Of a stretch of DNA of 20,000 bases, positions 17,040 through 20,000 are shown piece by piece. Numbering within the stretch: the first letter of the stretch is position 1; each line of letters opens with the position of its first letter. Position numbers and translations under genes: made by a program. The notes under the pieces are model-generated. The model was given only the letters and a program-made list of their open reading frames with translations, had not been told where the DNA came from and did no database searches. The stretch lies in IMG/VR virus record IMGVR_UViG_3300044620_001996; one strand, written 5' to 3'. Origin of the DNA: an uncultured virus (IMG/VR IMGVR_UViG_3300044620_001996). Lineage: Duplodnaviria > Heunggongvirae > Uroviricota > Caudoviricetes.

Positions 17040-18713
17040 ATGGCCGATCTCAGGATTACGGAACTGGCGGCTCTTGCTGGTGGCGATCTCGCGGCTGGTG
17101 ACCTGCTGGCGATTGCGGATATCAGCGCCAGTGAAACCAAGAAGATCACAGTCACCGACCTGGTTGGTCGGGCTACCACTCTGATTGCTGACGCCACGAT
17201 TCCAGGCGCCAAAATACTATTCGGTAGCGAGCAGATCGCTGGTAGCGCCATCGCGAGTGGTGGCATCGGCGCAACCCAGCTCGCCAACGACGCTGTAACC
17301 GCCGCCAAACTGGCCGACGAATCCACTGTCGATCTCGTCACAACGCTCCCCGCCTCCGGCGCTTTCGTTGGTCAGATCGCACTGGACACCGACGACAGCA
17401 AGATCTACTGCTGGAACGGCAGCACTTGGGTCAGCATCAAAGCCGCCGGCAGCGTCAACACCGTTATCGGCAGCAGTAGCGGTGTCGTCAATATCAGCGT
17501 TACCACCTCCGGCGACGAAGTCACGATCAGCACCACGCTGGACAACACCAGCGCCGCAGCACAATTCCTCGCTGGTCCGACTGCCGCTGCTGGAGCTGTA
17601 GGCTACCGCACGATTGCTGCAGGCGACCTGCCAACTGCCACTACAAGCGCCAAGGGTGCTGTTGTCGTCAACGGCAACGGTCTGGTGCTAAGCGGCGACA
17701 CCATCACCATCAATAACACGGTCACCGCCGAAGCTAGCAATTACCATGTTGTTCAGTACACCTCCAAGGGACTTGTAACCGGTGGCCGCACACTCGTAGG
17801 TGCTGATGTACCTGTAGCCACCGTAAGTACGGTTGGTGTTATCAGTCCCGGTAGTGGTTTAGGTGTTACCGGTCTCGGTACCCTCAATCACAGCAATGCA
17901 GTCGTTGGAGGTACTGCAGCTAAAGTCACATACGACAATCAAGGCCACATAACCAGCGCGCTATCTCTCAGCTCTACTGATATTCCAGATCTTGACGCTA
18001 GCAAGATTACAAGCGGCACATTCAGCACTGCCCGTCTTGCACCAAACAGCGTCACCGCAGATCAGCTAGCTGACTACGGAATCGCGCAAGTCAGCAGCTC
18101 GCAGCCTGTCCCCGAGTTCGCCGGCCAACTCTGGATCAATCCCACCGACCGCACCGCTTACGTCTGGGTCGGTCAAGTCTCCCCAGCTCAGGGCTACTAC
18201 CTCCCACTTAACAACGAGTTCGGCGCTCAGGCCAACTTGCGTTTCGGTGGTACGTACAACGCTAACACCAACACCATCGCCAGCCTGAACACTTACGGCG
18301 CCGGCGCTGGTCTGACAGTTGGATCCTCGCTGGTTGCCCCGACGGCAGCCAGCGCTGGCGTTTATCTGCTGGTAACCACTGCTGGCACTGGCGTAGCACC
18401 TGCACCAGCTGTCGCCCTCGACGTTGGCGACTGGATCCTCAGCCCCGGCCAAGGCACAACGTGGACACACGTCAACTTGGTTGGCGCGGGCATCAGCGTG
18501 ATTGATGCTGGTGACGTCACTTTCTCTGGTGGCTCCTTAACGCCCGCCATGACTGGCGTCGCGGACGCCGAAGCAGCTCTGACCACATTGTGGGGCCGCG
18601 TCCAGATCGCCACAGCATCAACGCTAGGCATTGTCCTCGAAACAACCGAGATCGAGGTCAACAACTCCACGGGTGCCATGACAGTTGGCACTGTCGATGA
18701 AGGCACCTACTGA
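17040..18713 (+). CDS. Tail fibre protein (proximal/side fibre), 557 aa
   Basis: MADLRITEL...SETKKIT N-terminus, AVTAAKLA-type repeats and WNGSTW. It also has fibre repeats (LPTATTSAKGAV, VPVATVSTVGVI, QIATASTLGIV; VQYTSKGLVT, VTYDNQGHIT) and is Gly/Thr/Ala/Val-rich. Confidence 0.85.
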   Translation: MADLRITELAALAGGDLAAGDLLAIADISASETKKITVTDLVGRATTLIADATIPGAKILFGSEQIAGSAIASGGIGATQLANDAVTAAKLADESTVDLVTTLPASGAFVGQIALDTDDSKIYCWNGSTWVSIKAAGSVNTVIGSSSGVVNISVTTSGDEVTISTTLDNTSAAAQFLAGPTAAAGAVGYRTIAAGDLPTATTSAKGAVVVNGNGLVLSGDTITINNTVTAEASNYHVVQYTSKGLVTGGRTLVGADVPVATVSTVGVISPGSGLGVTGLGTLNHSNAVVGGTAAKVTYDNQGHITSALSLSSTDIPDLDASKITSGTFSTARLAPNSVTADQLADYGIAQVSSSQPVPEFAGQLWINPTDRTAYVWVGQVSPAQGYYLPLNNEFGAQANLRFGGTYNANTNTIASLNTYGAGAGLTVGSSLVAPTAASAGVYLLVTTAGTGVAPAPAVALDVGDWILSPGQGTTWTHVNLVGAGISVIDAGDVTFSGGSLTPAMTGVADAEAALTTLWGRVQIATASTLGIVLETTEIEVNNSTGAMTVGTVDEGTY

Positions 18714-18721
18714 GTGGTGGC

Positions 18722-18880
18722 ATGTCCGGCTTTAATTACAATGGCGAAAACCTGCCCAAAGGAGGCACACCCGGTGAGCTGCTTGTAAAAGTCAGCAACG
18801 CCGATTACTACGTCCAATACAAAACTCTCACGGAAGTCTTCGCCGAGTACGAATTCGAGATCGACGAGGGCGAATACTAG
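18722..18880 (+). CDS. 52-aa fibre-associated microprotein, absent from the ORF track
   Basis: My translation is MSGFNYNGENLPKGGTPGELLVKVSNADYYVQYKTLTEVFAEYEFEIDEGEY*. It fills the gap between the two fibre genes. LPxGGTxGxLLxKxSNADY is a common fibre motif, and the C-terminus mirrors that of the upstream fibre. Confidence 0.75.
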   Translation: MSGFNYNGENLPKGGTPGELLVKVSNADYYVQYKTLTEVFAEYEFEIDEGEY

Positions 18881-18887
18881 ACTGGGC
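18877..18887 (+). promoter_or_regulatory. Putative promoter -10-like motif CTAGACTGGGC
   Basis: TAGACT overlaps the microprotein stop codon and lies 40 nt before the next ATG. It is 10/11 identical to 16997-17007. Confidence 0.45.
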
Positions 18888-18917
18888 CGTAACGCCGTCC
18901 CAGAGGGGAGTTAAGGC

Positions 18918-20000
18918 ATGGCTACTTGGCAGCATCTCCGTAGCAGCACCGCAAATAAGCGCCCCACCACCAGCTTGGCTGACGGGCGCATTGCGATCAA
19001 CACGAATACCGCAAGCCCCGGCCTTTTCTTCAAGGATTCTGCTGGTACAGGCATCGTCAAGGTCGGCCCTGTCCACGTAGGTACCACAGCGCCGAACAGT
19101 GTGCCGGCTTCCGGCGGCAGCACCGGAAACTACACAGGTGAGCAGTGGCTGGACACGAGTGTGTCCCCTGCTCAGATGAAAGTCTGGAACGGCAGCACCT
19201 GGGTCGGCATTGTCGCCGACGAACTGCCTGTCTCCAAACTGCAAGACGGTGCTGCCCGCCAGCTCATCCAAACTGATGCTGCTGGTACTGGTGTTGAGTG
19301 GACCAGCAACGTTGATGTACCAGGCACGCTGGACGTTACCAGCACCGCAACATTCGACAGCATTGCGCAGCATCCGTTGGGTACTGCTGGCGCACCGACG
19401 ATTACCTTCACCGGTGACACCAACACCGGCCTGTACTCCCCCGGCGCAGACCAAGTAGCCATCTCGACTAATGGCACTGGGCGGCTGTTTGTTGATGCGA
19501 GTGGGAATGTTGGAGTAGGACCAGTATCTACATCCTCATTCCAGTCTGCATCGTCTACAGTATTGTCTTTAAGAGATACTGCCAGTAGCAATATTGCTTC
19601 ATTGAAAGTACTCGGTGGCGCAGGCGCAGGCGCTATTGCAGAGTATGGAGCAACAAACGGCATTGGTTTTTGTGGCACTAGCGGCGCTCACGACTTTGCT
19701 TTTTATACAAACTCCAGCGAGCGCATGCGCCTGGACTCCAGTGGCCGATTGGGGCTGGGGACTAGTAGCCCTAGCTATTTGCTTGATGTAAATGGGACTA
19801 TTGGTGCAGGCACTGCCGGTGGCGTTGCTATTCAGCTTGCAAATGGTGCCGCAATTCGCAATAGCGCAGCCGCTGCAAATACTATTTACTTTGATACTAG
19901 TTTTGGTAGTGCAACGCATGGATCGTTTGAGTTCCGTAGCAGCAATGCTGGAACTACGCGAATGCTTATCGACACCTCAGGCCGCCTAGGTCTGGGGACT
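18918..20000 (+). CDS. Long distal tail fibre / receptor-binding protein, 3'-truncated, absent from the ORF track
   Basis: 361 codons with no stop: MATWQHLRSSTANKRPTTSLADGRIAINTN...GEQWLDTS...PTITFTGDTNTGLYSPGADQVAISTNGTGRLFVDASGNVGVG...ERMRLDSSGRLGLGTSSP...RMLIDTSGRLGLGT. These are typical fibre repeats. Confidence 0.9.
   Translation, partial: MATWQHLRSSTANKRPTTSLADGRIAINTNTASPGLFFKDSAGTGIVKVGPVHVGTTAPNSVPASGGSTGNYTGEQWLDTSVSPAQMKVWNGSTWVGIVADELPVSKLQDGAARQLIQTDAAGTGVEWTSNVDVPGTLDVTSTATFDSIAQHPLGTAGAPTITFTGDTNTGLYSPGADQVAISTNGTGRLFVDASGNVGVGPVSTSSFQSASSTVLSLRDTASSNIASLKVLGGAGAGAIAEYGATNGIGFCGTSGAHDFAFYTNSSERMRLDSSGRLGLGTSSPSYLLDVNGTIGAGTAGGVAIQLANGAAIRNSAAAANTIYFDTSFGSATHGSFEFRSSNAGTTRMLIDTSGRLGLGT
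19468..20000 (+). repeat. Three degenerate fibre repeat junctions (R.hD.SG.hGhG) about 80 codons apart
   Basis: GRLFVDASGNVGVG (about 19479-19520), ERMRLDSSGRLGLGT (about 19719-19763) and TRMLIDTSGRLGLGT (about 19956-20000). The last two both end in CTGGGGACT. Confidence 0.8.

Noticed and set aside
18711..18920. Stop-codon read-through fusing fibre, microprotein and second fibre
   Set aside because: The gaps are 8 nt and 37 nt, so neither junction is in frame, and no slippery site is seen.
17040..20000. Diversity-generating retroelement or invertible shufflon acting on the fibres
   Set aside because: There is no reverse transcriptase, adenine-mismatched TR/VR pair, recombinase or inverted cassette in the window. 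One could still lie downstream.
1..20000. CRISPR array, tRNA or other RNA gene, intron/intein, alternative genetic code
   Set aside because: The window is almost fully coding with very short gaps and no regular repeat-spacer array. TAA, TAG and TGA all end genes normally, and no intein or homing endonuclease motifs were seen.

Overview
This window is the virion structural module of a tailed dsDNA phage or prophage, with all genes on the + strand. No sheath or baseplate wedge genes are visible, which points to a long non-contractile (siphovirus-type) tail. Gene order: capsid decoration protein (5'-truncated), DUF2184-type major capsid protein, four or five head-tail joining/neck genes, major tail protein with an Ig-like C-terminus, intrinsic terminator, 77-aa unknown ORF, tail assembly chaperones G/GT with a -1 slippery site (GGGAAAC), 1634-aa tape measure protein, gpL-like, gpK/NlpC-like, gpI/J-like tail tip and gpM/Dit-like genes, two further tail-tube-like genes, a 557-aa fibre, a 52-aa microprotein and a second fibre running off the end. 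The last two are missing from the ORF track. The tail-tip and fibre motifs resemble those of picocyanobacterial (Synechococcus/Cyanobium) siphoviruses, but the host is an inference. I see no clearly new stand-alone system (no RT/DGR, CRISPR array, recombinase or RNA gene). The best leads are an apparently circularly permuted M23 peptidase-like module inside the tape measure, a possible peptide-docking chain for fibre assembly involving the microprotein, cassette-like fibre repeats, and a repeated promoter-like motif before both fibre genes. All family calls come from motif recall and synteny, not from database searches.
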